64,000 nt of DNA from an uncultured Nitrososphaerota archaeon (GCA_963718895.1 CAVRAG010000008.1:96001-160000), one strand, 5' to 3'; shown: positions 9,221 to 19,644, counted from the stretch's first letter. Notes: a model not told the origin generated them from the sequence alone. Made by a program: numbers and translations.

Positions 9221-10780
9221 GTGACCTCGAAAGGGGTGCCGAGTTACGCTCGGAAGAGCACCGGGCTCATCAAGAACGTGTCCCTGTTCGACGCGATCGC
9301 GCTGAACGTGAGCTACATGTCCACCGGCGCAGCGCTCTCGCTGATCGGCTTCACCCTCGTCCTCCTCCCATCGGTGGCGGGAGTGAACCTCGTCTACGCT
9401 TCGCTGATAGGGTTCCTCATCGCGGTGCCCCAGGTCGTCGTCTACTCTATGATGTCGAAGAGGACATCGAGGACGGGAGGGGACTACGTGTGGATGTCTC
9501 GGTCCCTGGGAGGCCTGACCGGGAGCTCCATCACGTTCATGGGCATCACCATGGAGACGATGCCCTATCTCGCACTCATCGCGCTCTCCGCGGTCTTCGC
9601 CATCGGCTCGGTCGGACTCGCCATGGGCGACTCGGGCTTCCTCGGCCTCGCGCTCCCAGGAAACGTCTCGGGGTCGGATCCGAGCTCCCAGTTTGTGCTC
9701 GCCGCCGCGATCTTCGCTGCCCTCATCGCCCTCAACATCCTTCGGCCGAGGCTGGGCTTCAAGCTCATCTCGGTCCTCATGGTCGTAGGGTTGGTCTCGC
9801 TCGTCGTCTCGGTGGGGACGTTGCTAGCGGCTGGGCAGCCGGGCGTCGCCAGCTACATCAACGGGCTGAAACTCGTCGACGCCAGCAACAACCCGCTAAC
9901 CTACACATCCGTGGCCAACTCGGTGACCGGCACCGGCTTCGACCTAGGCGCCACGATCTCGATCCTCCCCTTCTTCGCGATCTTCGTCTACCCCTGGTTC
10001 AACGCCTCCGCGTCAGTGGGGTCAGAGCTCAAGGGCAAGAGCGCGGCCATCTGGAACGCCCCCATATCGGCGGTCTTGGCGTTCCTCATCGTGACGATAC
10101 CGCTGGCTGCGATGTACTACGTGGGAGGATTCGCCTTCACAAACGGCGCGCTCTCGAACCCAACGCTCGTCTACGACGCCTCGTTCAACTTCTGGACTTT
10201 GGCGATGGGAGTGACCCAGGTCACAGCGCTCAAGCTGCTCATCGGCCTCGGCTGGATACTCTGGGTCATCGCAATCTTGGCGTTCGGCATAATCACGATA
10301 TCGAGATATATGCTCGCGCAGTCGTTCGACAGGTTCCTGCCCTCGAAGCTCGGGTACGTCAGTGAGAGGTTCGGCTCGCCGGTCTACGCCCACCTGCTCG
10401 ACCTCGTGGTGACGGTCGTCCTGATCGGCCTCGCCGCCTTCATCTATGGGACGCTCTCCTCCCTCTACGGTGCCGTCCTCGCATCGATGTTCTACTTCCT
10501 CTTCGTGGGCGTGGCAGCTGCCGTCTTCGGCCTCAGGCGCGAGAAGGGTAGGGCAAGGAGCATCCTGGTCGTCGCGGGGTCGCTGATGGCTGCGGTCTTC
10601 CTCTTCCTGGCGTACGAGTTCCTCTCCGCGCCCCAGGTCTGGGGAGGGAACCCGCTCGCCTACGGGTACATCGCGACGACGCTTGTGGCAGGCGTGGCGA
10701 TCTACCTCGCGTCTAGTAGCTACCACCGCAGGCACGGGATGGACCTCGCGCTCCTCTTCAGAGAGATACCCCCCGAGTGA
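9221..10780 (+). CDS. APC-family amino acid permease
   Basis: YARKSTGL, RTGGDYVWMSR, SRYMLAQSFDRFLP and FREIPPE motifs; about 12-14 TM helices. Confidence 0.9.
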   Translation: MTSKGVPSYARKSTGLIKNVSLFDAIALNVSYMSTGAALSLIGFTLVLLPSVAGVNLVYASLIGFLIAVPQVVVYSMMSKRTSRTGGDYVWMSRSLGGLTGSSITFMGITMETMPYLALIALSAVFAIGSVGLAMGDSGFLGLALPGNVSGSDPSSQFVLAAAIFAALIALNILRPRLGFKLISVLMVVGLVSLVVSVGTLLAAGQPGVASYINGLKLVDASNNPLTYTSVANSVTGTGFDLGATISILPFFAIFVYPWFNASASVGSELKGKSAAIWNAPISAVLAFLIVTIPLAAMYYVGGFAFTNGALSNPTLVYDASFNFWTLAMGVTQVTALKLLIGLGWILWVIAILAFGIITISRYMLAQSFDRFLPSKLGYVSERFGSPVYAHLLDLVVTVVLIGLAAFIYGTLSSLYGAVLASMFYFLFVGVAAAVFGLRREKGRARSILVVAGSLMAAVFLFLAYEFLSAPQVWGGNPLAYGYIATTLVAGVAIYLASSSYHRRHGMDLALLFREIPPE

Positions 10781-10834
10781 CCGGTCCTCGGGCGAGCGCT
10801 ACCCTAAAAAGAAGAGTCCGCCCCGTTTCTGCGC

Positions 10835-12592
10835 TTGAAGTTCTCGACCGTCGTCGATGCCTACGGGAGACTCGAAGCCCTCAGCGGGAGACTCGCCATA
10901 ACCGAGGTCCTCGCTTCGCTCCTCCGCGAGACGCCCAAGTCCGAGCTCCCCATGCTGGTGTACCTCACCCAGGGCAAGCTAAGGCCGGACTACGAAGGGG
11001 TCGAGCTGGGGATAGCGGAGAAGTTCGCCCTGAGGGCGCTCACGACGGCGTCGGGAATCTCTGCGGAGGCTGTGAAGCGAGCCTACGTCGCGGCGGGGGA
11101 CATAGGGACCGCTGCCGAGAGGCTGCTCGAGGAGGGAAGTCAGCACCACCTCTCTGCAGAGCCGCTGACGCTGAAGCGCGTCTACGACGCGCTCTTCGAC
11201 ATCTCCAGGATCTCGGGGAGCGGCTCAATCGAGTCGAAGTTGAGGGAGTTCGTCAGCCTGCTGAGCGACGCCACGCCGAAGGAAGCGAAATACGTGCTGC
11301 GCACGGCGATGGGAGAGCTTAGGTTCGGCGTAGCAGACTATACGATCCTCGACGCGTGCGCCATCGCCATTCTGGGAGGGAAGGAGCACAGGAAAGCGCT
11401 CGAGAGGGCCTACAACGTCACTTCGGACCTGGGGTTCGTCGTCGAGCTCGCCGCCGAAGAAGGCCTGAAAGGCATCGAGGGAGTTCGCGTCCGGGTGGGG
11501 AAGCCGATCAGGCCGATGCTCGCCGAGAGGCTCAGCACGGCACAGGAGATCCTCGATAAGATGGGCGGGGACGTGGTCGCCGAGTACAAGCTCGACGGTG
11601 AGAGGGCCCAGCTCCACAAGGACGGGGCCAAGGTCGAGATATTCTCCAGACGTCTCGAGAAGATCACCGCGACGTACCCCGACGTGGCCGAGTACGCCCA
11701 GAAGTACGTGAAGAGCAGGAAGGCGATCCTTGAGGGCGAGGTCGTCGCGGTCAACACCGAGACGGGGGAGTACTACCCGTTCCAGGAGCTGATGCACAGG
11801 AGGAGGAAGCACGGCGTCCAGGAGGCGATGAAACAGTATCCCGTCGCGGTCAACTTCTTCGACGTGATGTTCTCCGACGGGGAAGACCTCACAGGCCTCG
11901 CCTACACGGAGAGGCGCTCGGTACTGGAGAGGGTCGTCCAGGTCACCGACTACACCCGACCCGTCCCGGCCCTGAGGACGAAGAGCGCCGAGGAGATCGA
12001 GCGCTACATGGAGGAATCGATATCCGAGGGAGGGGAGGGCCTCATGGTCAAGGACCCGAAGGCGAAGTACACCGCCGGTGCGAGGGGATTCGGCTGGATA
12101 AAGCTCAAGCGGGAGTACCGGAGCGAACTCACCGACACCATAGACCTCGCCGTCGTGGGTGCTTACCATGGAAGGGGCAGGAGAGCCGGGGCCTACGGGG
12201 CCTACCTGCTCGCGGCCCACGACCAGAAGAGGAACACCTTTCCAACGATAAGCAAGATTGGCACAGGCTTCTCTGACGAGGACCTCAAGAAATTCCCTGA
12301 ACTCCTGAAACCGTATGAAAGCACAGTGAAACCGCCCAACGTCGAGTCGACGCTGGTCCCGGACGTCTGGTTCCGGCCTAAGGTCGTCATCGAGACCATC
12401 GCCTCCGAGATCACCCTCTCGCCAATCCACCCCGCGGGCATGGACTCCGTGAGGATGGGGAGCGGCCTCGCCCTGAGATTCCCCAAGTTCACGGGAAAGA
12501 TAAGAGACGAGAAGAGCCCCGAGGACGCAACCTCGGTGAAGGAGATCGTGGAGATGTACAACCTGCAGAAGAAGCGCATAAAGGAGAACTGA
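10835..12592 (+). CDS. lig: ATP-dependent DNA ligase
   Basis: EYKLDGERAQ (motif I), EGLMVK, WIKLK, LRFPKF. Confidence 0.97.
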   Translation: MKFSTVVDAYGRLEALSGRLAITEVLASLLRETPKSELPMLVYLTQGKLRPDYEGVELGIAEKFALRALTTASGISAEAVKRAYVAAGDIGTAAERLLEEGSQHHLSAEPLTLKRVYDALFDISRISGSGSIESKLREFVSLLSDATPKEAKYVLRTAMGELRFGVADYTILDACAIAILGGKEHRKALERAYNVTSDLGFVVELAAEEGLKGIEGVRVRVGKPIRPMLAERLSTAQEILDKMGGDVVAEYKLDGERAQLHKDGAKVEIFSRRLEKITATYPDVAEYAQKYVKSRKAILEGEVVAVNTETGEYYPFQELMHRRRKHGVQEAMKQYPVAVNFFDVMFSDGEDLTGLAYTERRSVLERVVQVTDYTRPVPALRTKSAEEIERYMEESISEGGEGLMVKDPKAKYTAGARGFGWIKLKREYRSELTDTIDLAVVGAYHGRGRRAGAYGAYLLAAHDQKRNTFPTISKIGTGFSDEDLKKFPELLKPYESTVKPPNVESTLVPDVWFRPKVVIETIASEITLSPIHPAGMDSVRMGSGLALRFPKFTGKIRDEKSPEDATSVKEIVEMYNLQKKRIKEN

Positions 12593-13328
12593 TGCATGTG
12601 TCTTAGGTTCCCTTTTGGTATCTTCCCAGGCGATTGGGCCCAATCACATGAGGGTGTCCACCTTGTGTCTGATGCAAAGGAGCGCGGGCTGAGCGTCTGG
12701 AGGATCGTCAGGCCCGCCGTCAAGCCTCTCCTTCCGGCTTGATACAAGGTCTTCCCGGATCGAGGACCATCAAGCGCGACCGTGGCGCCTTCGGACGAAT
12801 GCGAACGTCATTCGCCCCTGGGAGGCTCAGCGAGGGAATCATATGCAAGAATCTGTTCGATAGGAGTCCTAAGCTGACGCTCTTCGCGGACGGACTGTTC
12901 GCGAGCGGCTTGCAAGGTCGAGGCTGGGCGACGATCGATGTCTGACCAGGCTGCATGGCGTTGTCGAATCCGCGGTGGAGATTGGCCAGCTCCATCTGCC
13001 CTCTAGGCTCTTGATGAAACCGAATCATGCATCCGGCTTTGTAAGGATAGTCACGGACTCGTCAAGCATTCTCCCCGACGAGCTGGAGAGTCTGGCCGCA
13101 AGTGATTGCAGATGAATCACTTCGACTACTTTCAAGAGGGGGCCCACAAGGACATCAGACCGTGAGTGATGTCTGAAGAGCCGCTTGAAGCCGACGGAGA
13201 CCTCCTCAACGACTAGAGGTTCTGTTGTTTTGTGGGCTCGGATGCGACCGTCGCCCTGGCTCTCGAGAGGAGGGCGTGCCCTATGCTCGTCCTCGACATG
13301 CTCTGGAGATGGCGAGCTCAGCAGGCAT

Positions 13329-13353
13329 GAGCCCCCTTACGTGAGGGGAGCTC
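13329..13353. terminator. Hairpin downstream of the flavoprotein gene
   Basis: Imperfect inverted repeat GAGCCCCCTT-ACGT-GAGGGGAGCTC about 30 nt past the stop codon. Confidence 0.35.
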
Positions 13354-13379
13354 GACACGGGAGCCCCCTGCGCGAGAGC

Positions 13380-15173
13380 CTAGGACCACGGGTTCTCTGC
13401 AGCGGCGTTGTGACCGGCGATCCGGCCGAAGACTATGTTCTCGCTGTTGTTGCCCCTACCAGGGTACAGGAACCCCCAGACTGAACCGAACTCGCCGGCA
13501 CTGTACAATCGCGGGATGGGGTTGTTGTCCGGATCGCAAACTTGGCTCTGCGCGTTCCGGATCGCTCCGCCCAGGGTATTGGGTCCTCCCGGCCACAGTG
13601 CAATGGCGTAGTATGGAGGCGTCTTCAGTGCCGTCAGTGTGGTCGCGGCCCTTCCGAAGTCAGAGTCGACACCGGCTGCGCAGTAGTTGTTGAATGTGTT
13701 GATCGTGGTGGTGAGGACGTTAGGATCGATGTTGAAGATCATCTTACTGGCCAGAGTGTTGGGAGCCGCGCCTGATGGTACGCTCGTTACGGTGGCTGAG
13801 TTGATCGCGTTCGCCAGATCAGCTGGCGAGGTCGCGCCCTTGATGATCCATCCCTTCGCTATCTCGGCGCTGTTGTCGGCGCTCCAGAGGTATGCCGACC
13901 CTCCAAGTTGCACAGGAATCGAGGTCGCGCTGATGGTCGTGTTCCCAAGTGCGCCGGCCTTTCTGGTGGTCTCATCGAAGATCAGGAAGGTCGGTATTCG
14001 TGCGTACTGGGGCGCTGCGATGTTCACGTTGCCGAGTGCCATGTCCCAGTCGTCTCCTGAGGCGGTCGACTCGTTGTAGAATCTCTTGCCAGCTGTATCG
14101 ACGTAGATCCAGCCGTTGGCCTTGGCGGAGACGGTGAATCCCATGGGACCATGGTCAGGGAACCAAGCATTGAAACTGCCAGCCTGGGTGTTCATATGCC
14201 ACAGACCCGCTCCGACCTTCTGAGCCATCTTGATCCCGTCGCCCGTGTTGTACTGCCAACCATAGAAGTTCGTGGGATAGTCTCGGAGGTAGTTCGCCTT
14301 CATGGTCTCGTCGTATTCGTAGCCTCCGCAGGTCATGACCACGGCCCTGTTTGCCTTGATGTTCAGCATCTCACTGTTGTTGGCCAGGGCCTGGACGCCA
14401 AGTATCTCCCCCGTCTCGGGGTCTTGGATGAGATCCGTCGCCGAGGTGTTGAAGAGGACAGGAATCCCCCTTTTCTGGACGTTCGTGTCGTAGCCAAGGA
14501 AGAGACCAGCTCCGCTCCCTGCGGGCGCAATGTTGGTATAGGAGGCACCACCTGGAAGGTTCAGAAAACCTCCGGTCGCGGTCGGGGTCTTGGTCCAGGT
14601 GTACGGAATCCCCATACTGTCCAGCCAAGCGGCGTTGTCGACGGCAAGGTCTGCCCAGGCTTCGCAAACATCCATCGGAGTCGTCCCCCACGATGCCGCG
14701 TAAAGGAAGTTCGCGCCATCAATGGGGTTCAACGGTGTGCCGATGTTACCGCCACTCATGTGAGTGTTGCCGCCCCCTCCCGAGATCGTAAAGTTGAGGT
14801 TTGCTGGTGTGGACGGTTGCACTCCCAGACTTGCAAGGCTCGGCGTCTTCTCGAGAACGATCACCGAGGCTCCTTCATCGAAGGCCGTGATTGCGGCCAC
14901 CGCACCAGCGCCGCCATACCCGACCACGACCACGTCGGCCGACTTCGACCAGTTCGTGGGCACCGGGACGGGCGCGCCTTTGGCGACCACCCTGACCTTG
15001 GCCGCTCGCTGAAGACCCCGTCCTTGGCCAGCCGCGTCCAGCGGCATGACTGAGACCTTTGGCACCAGCGCTGTTGCTCCCGCGACGACGCCTAGGGCTG
15101 CTGCACCAGCAGCCGCCGTTCCCATGAACTGCCGCCTTGAAAGTTTCGCGTCCTTGATGGACTCTGTAGTCAT
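13380..15173 (-). CDS. Tat-exported FAD-dependent oxidoreductase (flavocytochrome c / fumarate reductase / 3-ketosteroid dehydrogenase superfamily)
   Basis: SRRQFM twin-arginine signal; DVVVVGYGGAG FAD motif; NTGDGIKMA; TLGG...IPRLYSAGE; FGRIAG. Confidence 0.88.
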   Translation of the reverse strand: MTTESIKDAKLSRRQFMGTAAAGAAALGVVAGATALVPKVSVMPLDAAGQGRGLQRAAKVRVVAKGAPVPVPTNWSKSADVVVVGYGGAGAVAAITAFDEGASVIVLEKTPSLASLGVQPSTPANLNFTISGGGGNTHMSGGNIGTPLNPIDGANFLYAASWGTTPMDVCEAWADLAVDNAAWLDSMGIPYTWTKTPTATGGFLNLPGGASYTNIAPAGSGAGLFLGYDTNVQKRGIPVLFNTSATDLIQDPETGEILGVQALANNSEMLNIKANRAVVMTCGGYEYDETMKANYLRDYPTNFYGWQYNTGDGIKMAQKVGAGLWHMNTQAGSFNAWFPDHGPMGFTVSAKANGWIYVDTAGKRFYNESTASGDDWDMALGNVNIAAPQYARIPTFLIFDETTRKAGALGNTTISATSIPVQLGGSAYLWSADNSAEIAKGWIIKGATSPADLANAINSATVTSVPSGAAPNTLASKMIFNIDPNVLTTTINTFNNYCAAGVDSDFGRAATTLTALKTPPYYAIALWPGGPNTLGGAIRNAQSQVCDPDNNPIPRLYSAGEFGSVWGFLYPGRGNNSENIVFGRIAGHNAAAENPWS

Positions 15174-15468
15174 TGTAATGTCTAAGGCGCCATCGTGGGA
15201 GCGGGTATTTACGCGGGTAGACGATTCTCAATCTTGAGAAGCATAGAGGCTCGCTTGGGACCTTCCGGCCTCACTTTTCCAAGTTCCAAGTCGAGCGGAA
15301 GAAAGTTCACGACATCGCGGGACTTGTCTCTTCGTCCCATCCCCGTCCTGAGGGATGGACTCCTCTCGGTCTCTTCGCTCATTCAACCCCGTCGTCCAGT
15401 AGGGTTCCTGTTCGTCTTCTCAGAGTCAAGAAAAAAACTTAGATAATTCGTGTCGAGACCGAGAGGCC

Positions 15469-15639
15469 ATGAGCCAGGTAAAAGCCCCCGCAAACACGAC
15501 GACACTCTACGTGTGCAGGTTCTGTGGCAAGGTTGGAGTCAGGACGCTCCCCACGTCTAGCGACCTAGGCGGGTGCGTGAAACCGCACGACGCCCACAAC
15601 TTCGAGTCGATCGAGGTCGCCATAAGACCAAAGGCCTGA
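15469..15639 (+). CDS. 56-aa putative zinc-binding microprotein (not in the ORF track)
   Basis: Hand translation MSQVKAPANTTTLYVCRFCGKVGVRTLPTSSDLGGCVKPHDAHNFESIEVAIRPKA; A-tract and TTAGATAA box about 25 nt upstream. Confidence 0.6.
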   Translation: MSQVKAPANTTTLYVCRFCGKVGVRTLPTSSDLGGCVKPHDAHNFESIEVAIRPKA

Positions 15640-15754
15640 CGAGCCAGCCGGGGATGGCCGCGTGGATCCCGGAGCGGGTCCCGCAGGTCCGCCCGAACCC
15701 GATGGACCCTGACAATCATCTTAATAACGCATGAACAGGTGCCGGATTTCTGCC

Positions 15755-16480
15755 TTGGAAGGTAGTCCTTCGGACGAGATAATCCTCGCAGAGGAGGAGG
15801 CGGTAATCAGCCGCGGCGTCGGCATGGTCCAGGAGGTGAAGTCGGACCTTGACGTGGGGAAGCAGACGGAGGGGAACTTGGTGCTGACCAACCTGAGGCT
15901 CGTCTACGTCCACGGCGCGGAGAAGGAGGTGGACCTTCCCGTGGGAACGCTCAGCAAGAAGAAGCTCTACGTCTCCGACGTCGAGGAGCTCGATAACATC
16001 CCCTGGGACCCCTCGAACATCACGATAAACCTCTCATCGATAGACCTGGTCAGGGGTCATCACACGCCCGGGCTCGCGCCCAAGCTCGAGGTGCACTGGA
16101 ACGATGGGGTCGCGAAGGCGACGGAGTTCGTCGAGCAGGAGACGGGCTCGTCGAGGCGCAGGAACCTGAACGACTGGGCGAAGGTGATCGAGAGACTGAA
16201 AGAAGGGAAGCAGAGGATCGTCGTGCTGCCCCCGCCTCCCGATCGCGACTCGCTCGAGGGGAAGGTCCTGCTCGACCTGGACGACATGCAGGAGAAGGGC
16301 CTGATGACGATCCAGGGCGAAATCGAGACCAAGTTCGGCGCCGAACTCGAGATGGACCAGGTGGAGGAGGCCTGCGAGGCGCTCGTCGCCCAGGGGTTCG
16401 TCAAGAGGACTACGACGAGTTCGGAGGCGCCCTTCTACGTCAAGGTCTCCCCCCTCGGAGACGACGACCTGAACCAGTGA
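15755..16480 (+). CDS. Hypothetical protein, PH/GRAM-like N-domain plus winged-helix-like C-domain
   Basis: GNLVLTNLRLVY motif; C-terminal VEEACEALVAQGFV; TTAATAA box at 15721. Confidence 0.7.
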   Translation: MEGSPSDEIILAEEEAVISRGVGMVQEVKSDLDVGKQTEGNLVLTNLRLVYVHGAEKEVDLPVGTLSKKKLYVSDVEELDNIPWDPSNITINLSSIDLVRGHHTPGLAPKLEVHWNDGVAKATEFVEQETGSSRRRNLNDWAKVIERLKEGKQRIVVLPPPPDRDSLEGKVLLDLDDMQEKGLMTIQGEIETKFGAELEMDQVEEACEALVAQGFVKRTTTSSEAPFYVKVSPLGDDDLNQ

Positions 16481-16560
16481 GATTCGCGCTCGAACCACTT
16501 CGAAGCTGCGCGAATATATCCACGCTGGCGCAGCAGAAAGGCCGCATGCCCAGCCTTCAC

Positions 16561-16893
16561 ATGGGTGGCCAGGTGTACAGGTTCCAGGCAGAGGTCGTAG
16601 ACAGGGTTGTGGAGCCAGGCCAGCCCGGGAACTACGTCCTCGGCGACAAGGACGAGGCAGGGGAGTTCTATCCAAAATTCATCGGAAGGTCGGAGACGGA
16701 CGTGAAGAGGGAGCTCAGGTCCAGGGTCGGGGTCCTCAACTACCCGTTCTTCAAGGTCGCGACCTCCGGGCCCAACAACGCCTACGACCTGGAGTGCGCG
16801 CAGTACCACTCGTTCAGGGCTCAGCTCGACAACAAGACCCATCCTGCCGGCAGCCCCGCGTCGGGACGGACCTGTTTTCTCTGCGGGCTCTGA
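16561..16893 (+). CDS. Small GIY-YIG-like protein with C-terminal CxxC
   Basis: GNYVLG...FIGRS...R.L...ECAQYH...N..HP...CFLC pattern. Confidence 0.6.
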   Translation: MGGQVYRFQAEVVDRVVEPGQPGNYVLGDKDEAGEFYPKFIGRSETDVKRELRSRVGVLNYPFFKVATSGPNNAYDLECAQYHSFRAQLDNKTHPAGSPASGRTCFLCGL

Positions 16894-16959
16894 GAGTGCA
16901 GGACAGCCCGGTAAGAAGATTAATTACGGGCGGGCGGGCCCGATTTCAGAGCGTTCCGG

Positions 16960-18286
16960 ATGAGAACCATGAGAGCCCTTGCGGTAACACTTCTCTTCGG
17001 CGCGTTCGTCCTTTCCGTAGTCCCAGCCGTGGCCCACTCACAGGCCACAGGCGGCTACTACTACGTGATCTCGCTTGACGCGAACATCGATCCAGGGAGC
17101 CAGAACTTCGTGACCTCATCCATAAGCGACGCCCAGTCGGCGGGAGCCAGCCACATCGTTCTCGTACTCAGCACGTTCGGCGGCGACGGTCAGAGCATGG
17201 ACAACATCATACAGGCGATATCCAGCTACGAGTCGAGCGGAGGGACGTTCATCACCCTGGTCGGGCCCTTCGGGGCACACGCCTACAGCGCCGGCTCCTA
17301 CATAGCCGAGTCCTCTGACAAGGTCTACATGATGAACGGCACCGTCATAGGGTCCGCGACCCCGATCGTGAGCGACATCCCCACGGGCGAGACCAACTCT
17401 ACCATGACCAAGGACATCGACGCGTTCACGGCCCTCATGCAGGCCCTCACGGCCAACTTCGGGAGGAACGGCACCGCGACGGGGCTGATGGTCAGCGGAG
17501 GCGTCTCCTACGGCGCGACGGACGCGCTCGAGGCTCCACGCAATCGACGGCATAGTGAACGCGACCTCCGTCTCCGGGGCGCTCTCGGAGCTCGGGGTCC
17601 CGGTGGACACCCCTGTCCACACGGAAGGGGTCAGCTCCCAGCTGATCAGCATCCTGAGCGACCCCAACCTCTCGACGGTCCTGTTCTTGGCGGGCGTCCT
17701 CGCCATCATGGTCGACCTGTTCCACCCGACGTTCATCCTCTCGGGTGCCGGCGCTGCAGCGATGGTGCTCGCGCTCATCGGTTTCGGCTACTTCGGGGCG
17801 CCTCTCTCGGCGATCCTGCTGATGTTCATAGGGGCCGCCTTCATATTCCTAGAGGTTAAGACCCACCACGGCGTGAGCGCCATAGGGGGAGTCGTCATCT
17901 TCATCATAGGAGTACTGCTGGTGTTCCAGAACACGGCGACGCCGGCCCCGCTGGCATCAGGCATAGTGCCCCCACCGAACGTCGTCAACCCGGACCCGGT
18001 CACGTTCGCCATTCTCGCCACGCTCGGGGTCCTGGTCGTGGTCGGGTCGATCTACCTGTACAAGCTGAGGAGGGACCTGGACAGGAGGAGGACCGGCCTC
18101 TTCGAGATGAAGCGGATGATAGGCAAGGAGGGGGTCATGACGTCAGACCTGAAGGCAGGCGCTCAGGGAACGGCGAACATCGAGTCCGAGGATTGGACGG
18201 TCACAGGCGACAAGGACCTTTCGAAGGGGACCCGTGTAAAGGTTAAAGAGACGGAAGGTTACAAGTTAATCGTAGAAGGCTTGTAG
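16960..18286 (+). CDS. nfeD: NfeD/ClpP-like membrane protease (stomatin operon partner); frameshift near 17533
   Basis: LSTFGG, AYSAGSYI and GSATPI motifs, then TM region and C-terminal OB domain (ESEDWTV) in a second frame. Confidence 0.85.
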
Positions 18287-18290
18287 AAAG

Positions 18291-19199
18291 TTGTCGTTGA
18301 TTCCGCCGCTCGCGTCGGTCGACGTTACCACCATCACGTACGCGGTCATCGCGGTCTTTGCGGTCATAGTCGTCCTGGCCCTGATCGCCTCGACGATCAA
18401 GATAGTGCGGGAGTACGAGAGGCTCGTGCTCTTCACCCTGGGTCGGCTCATAGGGGCGAGGGGGCCGGGCATAGTCTTCGTCGTCCCCTTCATCAACAGG
18501 GTCAACAAGGTCGACCTCAGGGAGAGGTTCCTGGAGGTGCCCCACCAGACGTGCATCACCAAGGACAACGCGCCTACCGACATAGACTTCCTGATCTACT
18601 ACAAGGTCCTCGACGCGGCGCAGTCCATCGTGCAGGTGCAGAACTTCACGGGAGCATCGGTGGGCATAGCGACCACGACGCTGAGGGCCGTGGTCGGAGA
18701 CATCCCGCTCGACGAGCTGCTGGCCAAGAGGGAGCAGATCAACAGCATCCTGAGGACGAAGCTCGACGAGGTGACCGAGAGGTGGGGAGTCAAGGTCACG
18801 AACGTCGAGATTAGGGAGATCAAGCCTCCCAAGGACGTCCAGGAGTCGATGGTCAAGCAGATGAGCGCGGAGAGGACGAGGAGGGCGATGGTCCTCGAGG
18901 CGGACGGCAAGAGGGAGTCGACGATCCTCGTCGCCGAGGGAGACAAGAAGTCAGCTATCCTCAAGGCCGAGGGAGACAAGCAGGCGGTCATCCTCAGGGC
19001 GCAGGGCTACGCCGAGTCTCTCAGCCAGATCTTCGCCCAGGCCAAGCTCATAGACGGCAAGACGATGACCCTTCAGTACTTGGACACGCTCAAGACCATC
19101 GGGAACAGCCCCTCGACCAAGTACATCATCCCCGCCGAGTTCACCGAGCTCCTCAAGCCCCTCAGGGCGCTGATGGGCGACGAAGACACGAAGGGCTAG
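18291..19199 (+). CDS. SPFH/stomatin-prohibitin family protein
   Basis: REYERLV.F.LGR, VDLR, TKDN, TTLRAVVG, WGVKV..VEI and QMSAER motifs. Confidence 0.95.
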   Translation: MSLIPPLASVDVTTITYAVIAVFAVIVVLALIASTIKIVREYERLVLFTLGRLIGARGPGIVFVVPFINRVNKVDLRERFLEVPHQTCITKDNAPTDIDFLIYYKVLDAAQSIVQVQNFTGASVGIATTTLRAVVGDIPLDELLAKREQINSILRTKLDEVTERWGVKVTNVEIREIKPPKDVQESMVKQMSAERTRRAMVLEADGKRESTILVAEGDKKSAILKAEGDKQAVILRAQGYAESLSQIFAQAKLIDGKTMTLQYLDTLKTIGNSPSTKYIIPAEFTELLKPLRALMGDEDTKG

Positions 19200-19468
19200 T
19201 CTCTCCAGCGGTCGAGGCGGTAGACCGCCATCAGGTTCCGCTCGACGACAGGTTCTGGGACCCCGGCCGCGAGAAGCCGCGCTTGCACCTTCGAGATCAT
19301 CTCGTCCAGCGTGATGTCCGGCTCGGTGAACCTTCCGTTCCTGTAGCAGCTGGAGCAGTACTCGATCGACCTGGCGGTGCCGTCGGATTCGGTCCCTCCC
19401 CCGTTGCGATCGCGCCACATGGGCATCAGGCAGCTCTGACAGACCGGTCCGGGAGGCATGGGTTGCAT
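19196..19468 (-). CDS. Zinc-ribbon domain protein
   Basis: CQSCLMPM...GTESDG...EYCSSCY.NG.FTEPDIT...RW. Confidence 0.8.
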   Translation of the reverse strand: MQPMPPGPVCQSCLMPMWRDRNGGGTESDGTARSIEYCSSCYRNGRFTEPDITLDEMISKVQARLLAAGVPEPVVERNLMAVYRLDRWRD

Positions 19469-19644
19469 GTTCCAGTTGCACGCTCGGCCGACTCCGACTG
19501 ATATTACGCATTTTAGCCCTCCGGCCGGACCGGACGTGTCCCTTCAGGGGTCAAGGCACCCCTAGGGTACGGGCGCCGGTGAAAGGAACGGCCATACCTC
19601 GGCCTTATATTGCATTATTTTTATCCCTCTGCGGGGAAATAATA

